Positions 1 through 11,672 of a DNA stretch of 64,000 nt are shown piece after piece. The notes below the pieces were generated by a model. The model searched no databases. It was not told where the DNA came from and saw only the letters and a program-made list of their open reading frames with translations. A program made the translations under genes and the position numbers. Source of the DNA: a bacterium (lineage in GTDB: Bacteria; UBA8248); the NCBI GenBank assembly GCA_965213685.1, contig CBDBZY010000041.1, positions 96,001 through 160,000 of the forward strand. Direction: 5' to 3'. The stretch's first letter is position 1. The number at the start of each line of letters is the position of its first letter.

Positions 1-100
1 CTTTAACAAATTACCCTAACAGTTTTCTTGTTAAAGTTGTAGGGCACTATGATGTTTACTTGTTAAAGTTGTATAGTTGCCAGACTATGGTCTAAACAAC

Positions 101-385
101 TTAGATACTGTGTCCAATGGGATCTATTGTATTTAGAAACCCTCGGGCCCTTAGTAGTGCCCTCGCTGCGCTCGGGACACTATAGCCCAGGGCCCTCGGG
201 TTTCTAAATACCGTAGATCCCTTGGACGCAGTATCTAAATATAGGTTAGATACCGAGACCATGGGATCTATGGGCTTTAGAAACCCGAAGGCCATGGGCT
301 GTAGCGTCCCGAGCGCAGCGAGGGCGCTACTAAGGGTCTGAGGGTTTCTAAAGCCCATAGATCCCATTGGTCGAGGTATCTAACC
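101..385. mobile_element. Two adjacent ~140-bp hairpin MITE-like elements of one family, in opposite orientation
   Basis: 101-238 reads TTAGATACTGTGTCCAATGGGATCTA...TAGATCCCTTGGACGCAGTATCTAA. 244-385 reads GGTTAGATACCGAGACCATGGGATCTATGGGCTTTAGAAACCC...GGGTTTCTAAAGCCCATAGATCCCATTGGTCGAGGTATCTAACC. The loops are near reverse complements (CCCTCGCTGCGCTCGGGAC / GTCCCGAGCGCAGCGAGGG). Confidence 0.75.
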
Positions 386-400
386 ATTTTAGAGTATAGG

Positions 401-550
401 CATGTTTTCATGTAGAAGTTGTAATGGAGGTGTCATGTTAGACATGTTTTCATGTACAAGTTGTAATGGAGGTATCCAGTTAGACATGTTTCATGTAGAA
501 ATTGTAGGAGAGATCATGTTTTCGTGTACAATAGAGATCTGTAATGGACC
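401..550. repeat. Degenerate ~40-bp minisatellite
   Basis: CATGTTTTCATGTA.AAGTTGTAATGGAGG-like unit recurs about 4 times. Confidence 0.6.
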
Positions 551-651
551 AATCAAATGCACTCAAGTAGTAATACTATACTCTAACTGTTATTTAGACC
601 ATTCCATCTGTACGCGTGGAATTCAATTACATGACTTCCGGTCCAGTCAGT

Positions 652-1345
652 GGTGATAAAGATTTTATCATACGCAACCCTTATACACGATTTTATATGG
701 TGGTATATGGGGACTCTCGCACATATTCGCGGCGCTCTACATACATCTACGTGATACGCAATCGGCACGTGCCCTATACCGCTGTAAAGAGCGAAGTTCG
801 AACTAGCCGACGGTGAAAGGAGCGAGTTTTTTGACCGCTGCGCTCAGGAGTTAGGTCTGGGTAAGAAGACAATGTTTCCAACCACTTCTTGGTCTGGCGG
901 ATCGTGAAGAGAGCAGCCTGGTGAGTCTTCCATGGCTCTACCACCTCTGAATGTATGTGTAACTACTTTCCTGGCTGTTTGTAGTGTCAGACTGTGAGTG
1001 GCGTCTAAGGAGCCTGGATACTGGACACCCACGGGGCTACGCCACGACGTATGCGCTGCTCCGACTCCCTAGACGCCCCACACTCACATTCAGAGGTGAA
1101 TATAAGACTCACCAGGCTGCTCTCTTCACGATCTGCCAGACCAAGAAGTGGTTGGAAACATTGTGTCCTTATCCAGACCTAACTCCTGAGTGCAGCGGTC
1201 AAAAAACTCGCTCCTTTCACCGTCGGCTAGCTCGAACTTTGCTCTTTACAGCGGTATAGGGAGGTATATAGTGCGTCGCGAAGATGCGAAGGTCTCCATA
1301 TACCACCATATAGAATCGTGAATAAGCGTTGCAATCTTTATCACC
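652..1345. mobile_element. Foldback (palindromic) non-autonomous element
   Basis: Arms of ~300 bp are reverse complements, e.g. CCCTATACCGCTGTAAAGAGCGAAGTTCGAACTAGCCGACGGTGAAAGGAGCGAG (772-) vs CTCGCTCCTTTCACCGTCGGCTAGCTCGAACTTTGCTCTTTACAGCGGTATAGGG (~1207-1261). Ends are GGTGATAAAGATT / AATCTTTATCACC. Confidence 0.8.
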
Positions 1346-1550
1346 CCAGTGCATTAAAAAGCCAATGAAATATAATTGCATACTCTATGCTCTTAAAGAA
1401 AAGGGCCTAATAAGAGAAGTGCATAGCGTAATTTTGACACTATAATTTCCTTCATAATACCGGCGCCCATATGATGGCATATCCCGACTTAGTCAGTGGA
1501 GTCTTAGCCACAGGGACTAAGTGGACAAGCGACTGTACTTTGACAGTAAG

Positions 1551-4219
1551 CAGCCGATAGGCCAGCGGTCCTAACATTGCAGATACAGGAAGTCATTACG
1601 TGCTTACATTCCATTGCGCAATTTTCCCATCACTTACATCCTGTTTCTTTTCCTCGTTATATCTTGGCAGCGACTCGACCTGGCGACTTGAGCAAGTACT
1701 AGCACGTAGAGCAGCCCTTTTGCGTTCTACCTGTGTGTAGTACAACACTGTTCGTTACTCAAGCGCCCCACGATGGCGCCGCATCTACACACTATTTGCT
1801 GGCCAGCGCTCGCAGTACCCCACGCAGAAGCTATCTCATTTTGGTTTGCCTGAGCCAATTCTCTCAGTTCGAGCGCTACAAGTCAGGCATGCTGGTAGTT
1901 ATAACATACAGCAAAGTTAACTGGTTCCGCTAAGTTGCAGTGGAGTTACGAGTGGTGAAAATGTAATCAAAAACAATCATTTAACGTAATGAGTAGAGCA
2001 TACATAACAAATACACTAGGATCAGGTTCTCCACTTCTGGGACCTCTAAAAACGTGTTTCACATTAGGGAACATAAGGAAACAGCATGAATCAAGGACAG
2101 AGTTCCACAAATGTAGACGAGCCACATCCTGTCTGGTAGATGTATAAGAAAGTAATACGCGCCTCATTGATATACATGTAGGCTAAAATGAATACCACAG
2201 CAGCACATAAGCACATGCAGGTGGTACTTCTTCATCACACGAAGAATGTGAGGGAAAGCATCTTAAACATCACTCACTGTTGTATCACAAATGTCAGACA
2301 TAAACAATCATTTTCATTCCCATCGTCAGTTTCACTAGTGTCACTCTCAAAATTGTCAACCATGGCAATGTTGTATTTCCACTTAACCATGCTACCAGTT
2401 ACCTCTCGTTCTTCTTGCTCATTCTCATCCATTTCTACTGCTTTACCACAAGGGGTGTTTTGGTAGTTACTACACCTGTTATATTTGGCAGTTACTCCGA
2501 ATAGAGGCCCGGGCCTCTATTTCCTTCGTGACATTCTTTACCCAGCCTCTAAATAGAGCCGGCCTCTATTCGGGGCCCGGCCTCTATTTTTATAGCTTTA
2601 TATGCGTGTGCATGCGACGGGGCACCCAATGGCTTCACTGGTGCCGTGGGTCGTACCAGATGAGTTGACAGGGTATGTATGAAGCCTCATCTTATCGACT
2701 GAATGGAGGCAGTTCTGGACTGTTCTCTACATTGTTTGTGTTTGTGTGTGACAGTAGTTGTGTACAGTGCCATGCCCTAATGGGTCCATGCCATAATGAT
2801 TCTGATTCTGATTCTGATTCTGGCACCTGTGCTCCGTTAAGACTCCTTGTCCGTGCAGCTCACAACTCGAAGCTTGAATGTAATGTCGTAGCACTTTTGC
2901 TTGGACACCATGGCGACTATCACAGTTGTAGACGCTAGATAGCCATAGATTTAGATACACAAAAGTACACACACACGCACGAGGGTTTCAAATTGAGTGG
3001 GCGGGGCGTGAAAGTGGTGGCCTCAAATTGAGATCCGGCCTCTATTTAGTAATTCACTCCGTTTACCCCCGGCCTCTAAACGAGACCAGCTTCTATATAT
3101 TCGGAGCCGGCCTCTATTTGGATAAATACAGTATGTAGTGGCATATCTCTTTCCAGCTTTCATGCAGGCATGAGCATCTGAGTGGACAGGAGCTAGACTA
3201 ACTATCTCTTGCCTCCACTAAAACACCGGAAGAGTCCCAGTCAACCTGCAAGCAGCTATCACTAAGACCTAGCAGCGATCCACCTAAACCTACAGAGCAG
3301 GAAGAGGTATTAGGCGTTCGGACCAAGTGGTATCTTCATCATGCTTACGTTTCACCCCATAGTGTCACTTTTCCTCACATTCTTCATGAAATACACAAGT
3401 TGGTTGTGCTGTGTACATAAGCACAACTGGAGACTAGTACTACACACAATCCTTCCAATACCAACACAAAGCATGCTTGCTAGTTTTAACATCAACTGCC
3501 TCAAAAAATGAAATGCAACACTTTCATTTCCTTCGTCCCATCGAAATCTGAAAGGTTCACCATATCTATGCTTCTTCAGAGAGCGCCTAATGCTACTTTC
3601 ACAAGCTTTGCACATGCACACATGAGTATGGAAGACATAGTAACTCACTTCCTCGTTGAAGAGTGTCTGCAGGGCCTCGTACCACCATTGGACCTTCCAT
3701 AGAACTTGGACGAGCAAAGGGAGGACGTGCTGGAAAGACCCTGACTCTTCCTGCCGTACACACAATGCCACGTGTAGCTGTAATCAACAAGGGTATTCGG
3801 TCCCGTGTATCTCCGTACCTATCGAGCGGAACCTGACTGTTTTTACCATAATTATTGTAGCCCAACGCATGGACTCTACGTCAGCGTCGAACTGTGAATA
3901 TTGCTTCAGGCAAACCACAATGAGATAGCTTCTGCAGAGGGTACCTCGAGCGCTTGCGATTACATAGCGTGTAGAAGCGGGGCCACTGCAACGATTAGAA
4001 ACGCTTTATCTTCATGCCATTTACACTTTTAAAATGTAGAAGGACTAGCCTACAGGAAGCCTTTGCCTCGAGTCCCTAGCTTCAATCGCCTCTAAGATAC
4101 AGCCCGAAATATACTCAGGAAGTATGCGTTGAGAAAATTGCATGATGGAATGCGGGCACGTAACAACTTCCTGTATCTGCAATAACTCTAGTGTTTGTGG
4201 ACCGCTGGCCTACCGACTG
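1551..4219. mobile_element. 2.7-kb DNA transposon with long diverged TIRs, CAG...CTG termini and 4-bp TSD (Academ-like, non-autonomous/decayed)
   Basis: TIRs CAGCCGATAGGCCAGCGGTCC / GGACCGCTGGCCTACCGACTG extend ~300 bp (e.g. GCAGAAGCTATCTCATTTTGGTTTGCCTGA ~1824 vs TCAGGCAAACCACAATGAGATAGCTTCTGC ~3906). TSD TAAG at 1547-1550 and 4220-4223. The empty site is visible in the paralogous segment (CTTTGGCAGTAAGCGGGCTC, 12951-12970). A Cys-rich ORF remnant lies at 3352-3865 (-). Superfamily assignment is inference. Confidence 0.8.
2495..3131. mobile_element. Tc1/mariner-type MITE nested in the 1551-4219 element
   Basis: CCGAATAGAGGCC...GGCCTCTATTTGGATAAATACAG|TA with repeated subterminal CCGGCCTCTA motifs. 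The left end is eroded. Confidence 0.6.
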
Positions 4220-4402
4220 TAAGCGGGCTCATCTAGGTGCTAGATCGAGTCACAGACTATATTCCTTTTGTAGTTTTGTAGTCTCGTTTCCGGTCCACTC
4301 GGCGGGAGCAAAGCCGCGAGTGCCGCCGCGGCAGCTCTTTCGGTTTGGCAGCCGCGTCGCCGCCACACTTCTTGCAGACAACTTCCTTCACATTCCACAT
4401 GC

Positions 4403-5278
4403 ATGGCCTACTGCAGAGTCGAATGTAGTGATCTGGTAGAATTGTGTGAGAGACTAAAACCAGAATTGCCGAGAGCCGGTTCTTTACTCATTTCCGCCAG
4501 GAACGTGATTGCAGGACGAGTGGAGGGAAAGTTCTACACGGACAAATGGCCAGGGTTTAGTACAGTCGTGTTCCAGTGCCTCCAGCCCAGACTCTCTGAT
4601 GAATGTGACCTCTACTGCTACACTACCTCCAAACAACAATTGTGTTGTGTCCTGGAACAGGCTCACCTTGTGACCAAAGGTCAATGGCAATATATACAAA
4701 TTGTGGAGGATGATGATAGTACAGTAACTGATTATGTTGTCCGCAACATTCGATCTGATGGAGAAGTGAGATTGATCCATTCTAATGATTACTCAGTACA
4801 AGAGTTTGGAATGTACGCCTTGCTGGGACAGCTCCCAGCTGCCAGTGCCGAGTGTCCTGAGGGGTACAGGCTTGGAAGGCTGGCAGTTGAGCACAGCACA
4901 TACATATCATCTCAAGCAGGGCAATGGGTTAACTCTTTGGGAAGACCTGCCGGTGTCGTGAAAGAGTACTTCAAGCATTGCATTCAGAGGTTGCCTAGTG
5001 TTGCTGTCTACTGTGATTATGATCCTATCACACCAGTGGCCTGGCTGATACAACATTCACTGAGCGGCACGTTGGGAAGTCTCTTTACTGTTGAGGGGCA
5101 TCGAAGGAAAGGGTTAGCTACTGTTGCTGCACGTGAAGTATGTGAAGTGATCATTGCTCAAGGTGATACTCCAATGTCATGTATTCGAGACGGGTCATCT
5201 AGTGTCAAACTGCACAGCAAACTAGGGTTCCAACACGTTGGCAATGAGAAAGATGTGTACTTGCACATCAATGGGTGA
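4403..5278 (+). CDS. Glycine N-acyltransferase-like GNAT acetyltransferase (intronless, 291 aa), copy A
   Basis: Intact ORF. N-terminal LKPELPRAGSL...FYTDKWPGF resembles GLYAT-like proteins. C-terminal FR47/GNAT motif A LGSLFTVEGHRRKGLA plus SVKLHSKLGF. Confidence 0.85.
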   Translation: MAYCRVECSDLVELCERLKPELPRAGSLLISARNVIAGRVEGKFYTDKWPGFSTVVFQCLQPRLSDECDLYCYTTSKQQLCCVLEQAHLVTKGQWQYIQIVEDDDSTVTDYVVRNIRSDGEVRLIHSNDYSVQEFGMYALLGQLPAASAECPEGYRLGRLAVEHSTYISSQAGQWVNSLGRPAGVVKEYFKHCIQRLPSVAVYCDYDPITPVAWLIQHSLSGTLGSLFTVEGHRRKGLATVAAREVCEVIIAQGDTPMSCIRDGSSSVKLHSKLGFQHVGNEKDVYLHING

Positions 5279-5558
5279 ATATTGTAGTTACAGACCACAG
5301 CATAGTTCATCGTAAGTGTCCTTTCAGTTTGTGTATAGCCTTTATAATATAGGTGTGTATGAACCAGTAGGTAATTTAGGTATGCATCTTTAATGTACAT
5401 GAAGCCGATGCCAATTATGGTCTGCGGAGCGAAATAGCACTCCTGGAAGCTTTCCAAGGCAGAATCTATAGGCTACATACCAGCGGTGCTTTGACTTGTG
5501 AGGCTGCTACAAAAATCAGTTAGGTACGTACAAGGGGGACAGTGCTGTGGTAAAAGTA

Positions 5559-6548
5559 CCGTATTTCCTCGAATAGACGCCTCCCTCGAATAAACGCCGG
5601 CCCCGTTTAAGGCAGGACGACCCTAAGACATGATTTTGCCTGATTTTTGTTTTATTGTATTCTCCTAATGATGCCTGTTAGCGAAATAACGTAGTTTTGC
5701 GTGATATGTCGGTTCATAGAATTATAAAATTTACACAATATGCATATCGCTAATTATAGAAAACAAATTTGCCAATAACGGCTAATGCTGCAGAGACGAA
5801 ACTTCGATGGATGATTACTAAGCATGTTGGCTATCTAAGTTTGCTTTAAAAATCCGTGCTAAATCTTTCTTTCTAGACATATAATCGTTTTCTTCGTGCT
5901 GCAGAATTTAGAAAAACAGTAGCAAATTCTGCCGTGAAGTAGCAAGCCAAGCCTCGAGCAACCCATTGCGCATAAACTAGTTCACTCCCCTTTGGCGAGC
6001 ATCCACCTCTTCACCGGTTGGCGCCACACAGCGCCGCATGTCCAACGGTACCGGGGAAATATGAATTTTTTCCCAGCGAATTTGCAATCGCGCCAAAGAA
6101 TTGCTGTCGTTTTAGCGTTGGTAAATGTAGGGGGAAAGCGACGGTAGAGTAATTGACGAAGAACGCAATCATGACTCGCCCTCCCGCCGGGGGTAATAAG
6201 GGCAGTATAGCAAATAAACGCAGGGCCCCGATTGGGTCGGCCTGGTACCAGCTTGGGGGCGTGGCACGTTGTCCGCGTGCACCGCGTGCACCGCGCGGTA
6301 GACTGAAGGGTGGTAGCTGAATTTCACCTACTGCTACTCCGGTGGCGCAGAAGAGATGCTTCGATGTGTCCTTCAATTGAAAGGCTATTCGCCTGTCGTT
6401 CCCATACGGTCGCACGAACTAAAGTGAATTTCGACCTCGGCGTGCGCTACGTAGCGTGGGTGGGCGTGGGCAAGAAGTAAATAAAAACGCCGGGTCCGCG
6501 GAGTGGCGAAGGAAATAAACGCCCGGGCGTCTATTCGAGGAAATACGG
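5559..6548. mobile_element. Tc1/mariner (pogo/Tigger-type) non-autonomous element
   Basis: Perfect 23-bp TIR CCGTATTTCCTCGAATAGACGCC / GGCGTCTATTCGAGGAAATACGG, flanked by TA (5557-58, 6549-50). Absent from duplicated copy B. Confidence 0.9.
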
Positions 6549-7893
6549 TACATGTATGTTACACCACAGTCTCCACTCCATACCCACTTCCACACTGATG
6601 TCCCTGTGTGTACTGCTCAACCCTATCCCCTCACCGCTGCTCCATTCCTGCATGAGTATCAGTGTACTTGGCTGCTGAGGTGCATCCAACTGCCAGACTA
6701 CCGCAATTTGCTAACAACTTTAGTTGAGCTTGACTTCTGAATCATTAAGTGTTACATTTTTGTTGTTAATAATCCTGTCACCGCAACATTTTGCAGATCT
6801 GTTTCGAAACTGCCCAGACCTTCCCCTTCTCATTTCACTCGTGTACAAATGTCACAGAATGTGGTTTGGTTCACAAAATTAGCCAACCATCAAACTAGCA
6901 GGAGACGTGGCAGAGACACACTCTCCCTCCTCCTTCTTTGTCCCTTCTCCTTGTCCTGTCCTGTCCTCCCCTTACCTTCCACTGGAGTTCTTGATTCCTT
7001 TGACAAAGAACCTGACCAATACTTTCGACTGCATGGTGACCAGCCATATACTTATACAATGTAAATATTATACATTCCACATGATTATGAGGATAGTATT
7101 ATTAAGGCAAAAGAGAATTCTTATCAAAAATGACAAAGTTAATTACGTTGCATCTGGAGTGAGACATAATAGCAAAAATCTTCTTCTTGTTTCCTATGAT
7201 ATTAGAATAGATATTAGCAGAAATGCTATGATAGTGTCATTTTTCTTCTCCTTTATTCAGGTTGAAAAACAAAACCTACCTATTGTGCAACAATAATAAA
7301 AATGATCATGAAACTGTATGTGCCAGCACATTTCCATGCATGCTAGTGCATGGGCATAATATTGTAGTTTTTCATTAACCCTTTGCCCTTCTGTACATTG
7401 TGATGCAAAAAATACATAATTGCAAAAGCATGACGTGATCATTCTAAATGAACATGCACTTAGCTCTAAATGAAATGAACACTCAGGTCTCAACAGCCCT
7501 GCATGCCCTATGGGCACATTCGAATACACTACATCTCCTGCCTGTCTCATACTACTACCTTCAAAATTGGTGTAGGCTTTGCTCTTTCGCTTCGTCCCCA
7601 TTTGTACTCCTGTGCCCTGCAGTGAGAGATGCATTTAGCAAACACTTACTGCTCCATACTTTCCTTCACTCTTCACTTCCATAATTCAGTGTCTTTCACA
7701 CACTGCTCCACTTCTAACTTTCATTTCTTATCACCTTTCATGAACACTTCTCACTTTTCACTTTTCAGTCTCCTTTTCCCTCCCTTCCCCCTTATCTCTC
7801 TCCCTCTCCCTTACTTCCCCTTTTTCTCTCTTTCCTTCCCTCCCTCTTTCCCTGTCTGTATGCCTGTCTGCCTGCCTGCCTGTCTGTCTGCCC

Positions 7894-7957
<64 letters not shown>

Positions 7958-8192
7958 TTCCATCACTCAGATGGTATGGCAGTGAGTTTTCCCCCCTCAT
8001 ACACTAACCAGACTGGGCTGGGTTTGGTTGCCCCAGACTTTATTAACCAATTTATCGATTGAGGGGTTATCATGTGTATGTCTGTCTGCCTGCCTGCCTG
8101 CCTGCTTGCCTGTCCTTTTCTCTCCATCCATCTCTCTCTCTCTCTCTCCCTCCCTCCCTCCCTCTCTCCCTCCCTCCCTCCCTCCCCCCCCC

Positions 8193-8247
<55 letters not shown>

Positions 8248-9459
8248 AGTGATGGATATATAAGGTCCCATATTATGTACGGGCTACCTAGATACCAATA
8301 TGCCTAATGCATATTGGCTATGTTCTTGCTAGGTGCAGAACAAAAGTCGCATCCAAAATTACAGGATCTTACTCTTACGTCACGGCCGTTGCCGTATGCT
8401 TAGAAGCTAAGCTGTTCATGTTAGTTGCGAAACGCACTTGCAAACAATGTTACAGTTCTCTCCCTTTCAGTCTAGCCTCCCTCCTCCCTTCTTTGCTTTC
8501 CCTTTGTCCTCGGAGTCACTCCCTGTCCTCCTCATTTCCCACACAGCCTCCCATCCCAGCCACTCTTTTCAAACCTCCTTCAAGAGCAGAATCAAAGCCA
8601 CAACAGAAGGTCAGGCAGGACATTGTGATTTTGACCATTTCACGATTAACAGTGTGACAGTGCTGTTCTCTAGTGTGTACAGGTCTCATTGTCTGGCACA
8701 AGCGCATGTGCAGTCTCTTCTGCATGACTTGTGTGCACAAGAATGCACGGAGTGAATTCCATTCTCACAGACTCACAGTTGGTGAGTTGTGAAATGGAAA
8801 GAGTTGCAATAGTTTTTCATCTATCGAGCAGCTACAGTTCAGGTTGTATTTTGCAAACAGTCATCACTTTCTGCTGGACTAGCAAGTCAGAGATTTTGTT
8901 AGAGCTCAGGCTGCAGTTGCCACTAAGTTTGTTAACTGGCCTGCAAGTGCGGCAGTTTCAGGACAGTGTAATATGTCCACAGCTTGACAACAGACAAGTA
9001 TAGTGACAGTTTTGAGTAACTTTTGTCGCAGTCTAGTTCACTGCGAGTGTGTTTGCTAACAGGCTAGGCCAGGCTGTATGCGCCTCTTTTCTATGGCAGT
9101 GGAAAATGTTGAAGTTGTAGAATGTGTACATTTTGTAATGAGCCTTGTAGTCTTGTAATCACCTACTGTGACCTGCAAGCAGCCCTTGGGCATATCTGTG
9201 TACCCCCTCACCATGTACTTACTTTGTATATGCTCCCTCTTGTTTCCCCCTCCTTCACTCACTCACTTATCAGCCTGTCTCATAGCCTAGCCCTGCTGCC
9301 CTCACGCTTGTGGTAATGTGATTGCACACTTGAACACCTCAACACGCTTAGCTTGCATATACACCTCCTCTTTGTATACTTACTTTGCCCATGCTCCTTT
9401 AATTCTATAGTCATCTGGTGTTGACAGCTCATTCTTATTCCCCTCAGTTCAAACTACAA

Positions 9460-10290
9460 TGCCAGACTCAGAGGGATGCACCAGAGAGAATGGCGTGAGG
9501 AAGTACAGTTGTTCATTGCAACATCATCTACTGCATCTCCTTTGACTCTTACATGGTGTATCAGTATCAGGCAGATGAAGATGAGTGGCAAGAACATTCA
9601 CACTGTCCCCTTTGCTGGACTGGCCTCGCTATCATAAAAGATTTTCTAACAGCCGTTGGAGGAAAAGAGAGATCAAGAAAGACAAACAAACTCTTGAGCT
9701 GGAGAGATGGACGATGGGAGGAGGTATTTCCTCCCATGAATGCTGCACGCTCGGACCATGCAGTGGTGATTGATGATCACTATGTCATAGCAGTTGGGGG
9801 AGTTGGTGAGACATCCGTCGAACTATTTACTATCAGTACCAACACCTGGCCCACAGTGGCCAGTCTTCCACGACCTCTTACCACCATCACCTCTACTTTA
9901 TCATGTAACAGTTGAGATGCCATGGACAGGGATGGACAAACATTTTCAATTTCTATGTCGCATTGGACCAAGAACACTTCCAGGAAGCCATCACACCCAC
10001 ACCCAACATGGCAGCCACTCCCTCATGACACCCCAGTATTGCTCTCAACCCTGACCACACTATGTGGTGAGGTGGTGGCTGTGGGAGGAAGGAGAGACTT
10101 CACTGCAACAGGTGATGTGTACCAGCTGCACCAAAGAGAATGGGTGAGAATAGGGTGTATGGATACTGCTAGGTATTGTCCAGGCTATAGTAGCAGTCCT
10201 TCCAGGAGACAGAATGGTAGTGGTGGGTGGCCACCCCTCCTCCTTCTCCTTCCTCCTTACTGCTGTAGAATTAGCTGTTCTCTGTTAGTT
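9460..10290 (+). pseudogene. Kelch-repeat beta-propeller pseudogene
   Basis: Kelch motifs LTAVGG...W, PPMNAARSDHAVV, VIAVGG...VELF, VVAVGG. In-frame TGA at ~9497 and 9913-9915, and a frameshift near 10180. Confidence 0.75.
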
Positions 10291-10507
10291 ATTTTCAGGA
10301 TACACATAGCCATTGGTTATTACATGCTTATCCGTGAGCTATTGCTGTTTCCCATGCTTCCACTAGAGTACTATATTTGTGTGTGTTATTGTAGAGTTGG
10401 TTGACAATATCTTTTGCAGATAATCAAAAGTGAAATTGAAGGTATTGCGGAAGCTCTGCGGGCGTTTTCGCTTCCCGTTGCTATGACAACGAGTACCGTA
10501 CCTGGTG

Positions 10508-11044
10508 TAGGCTTGAGATAATTATGCCAGAATAATTTTGGGAATAATAGCAAGACGGTAGCATAAAGCATTATTCTAGAATAATAGCAACATGGTTCAA
10601 GCCTTTATGGTTATTGGTGACGTGTGCCAGATGAATGTGCAGTGTGCTGGACCCACTCTCCAGCAGGATATATGTTACAGATGTTATAGAGTTCTCTGTG
10701 TAGAAGCAGGACAGGCTCTTTCACTTCCAAAATGCCTGTTTGGATCACAGCATGAACTAATTCTAGCTAGTGAATGTTCCCCAATGTGTGTATGCACATC
10801 TAGGATGTTCCCAAAGTAATGGGTTTGTCACAGGTGCCTGAAATATGGCAACATACCTTTCATGGATAATCAACACCAGTGGGTTGGGGATTTACTCTAC
10901 TGCGTGAACTTGAGAATAATGTGAGCATAATAGCAGAACACTGGGAGAATAATAGCAGAATGCTGGGAGAATAATAGCAGTAAAATCTAAGAATTGGGGA
11001 ATAGAATAATTGCAAAGATTTAAAGCATAATTATCTCAAGCCTA
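10508..11044. mobile_element. Non-autonomous hAT element
   Basis: 20-bp TIR TAGGCTTGAGATAATTATGC / GCATAATTATCTCAAGCCTA. Perfect 8-bp TSD ACCTGGTG (10500-10507, 11045-11052). GAATAATAG subterminal repeats. Confidence 0.9.
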
Positions 11045-11334
11045 ACCTGGTGCATGGCGTGCGTACACCGGCGCCTCGAGGCTTGCGGTGGTTCTAGAGA
11101 ATGCCCACCTCGTTCTGTCTTCGAGCTGCGTCACAGTAGCTCTGTAATGGTCTCCACATTCCTAGAGCTGTTTTGGCCTAGCCAATCCTATGCATGAAAA
11201 ACTAGCTTGAGATAAAGTCCAAAACTGTGAGGATTGACAGATCTGCTCTCGTCCCTCACCTCCAAGCTGAGGGGGGGGGAGGGCCTCATCATGCGGCCAG
11301 CACAGTAGCGGTGCATTAGTACAGACCTCTCAAC

Positions 11335-11672
11335 CTGGGAGAAACGGTCGTCGTGAGATACATAGCGCGGCTAAGCGCGGAGACGTTCGTAGGACATCAT
11401 ATACAATGACGTCATATAAATGACGTAACAATTACGAACGCTGTACTTCAACGTCCTTTTGTCACCTGGAGACATCTCACCCTATGTGTTAGCTAGTTAT
11501 TGCATGCTATAATGTGGATTGCTATTGGCGTTCTTACACGAAATGGCCAGTCTCTTGCGATTCCCACAGCGTTCGTAAATAATTGTTACGTCATTTATAT
11601 GACTATATGATGTCATACGAACGTCTCAGCGCCTAGCGCGCGCTATGTATCTCACGAAGGCGTTTCTCCCAG
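11335..11672. mobile_element. Foldback MITE
   Basis: ~110-bp inverted arms: CTGGGAGAAACG...GTGAGATACATAGCGCG...TCATATAAATGACGTAACAATTA vs TAATTGTTACGTCATTTATATGA...CGCGCTATGTATCTCACG...CGTTTCTCCCAG. Confidence 0.75.

Noticed and set aside
4766-4816. 51-nt segment absent in GNAT copy B as an intron-loss event (it starts GTGAG)
   Set aside because: It ends in TAC, not AG, has no pyrimidine tract and is open in frame; better explained as a genomic deletion
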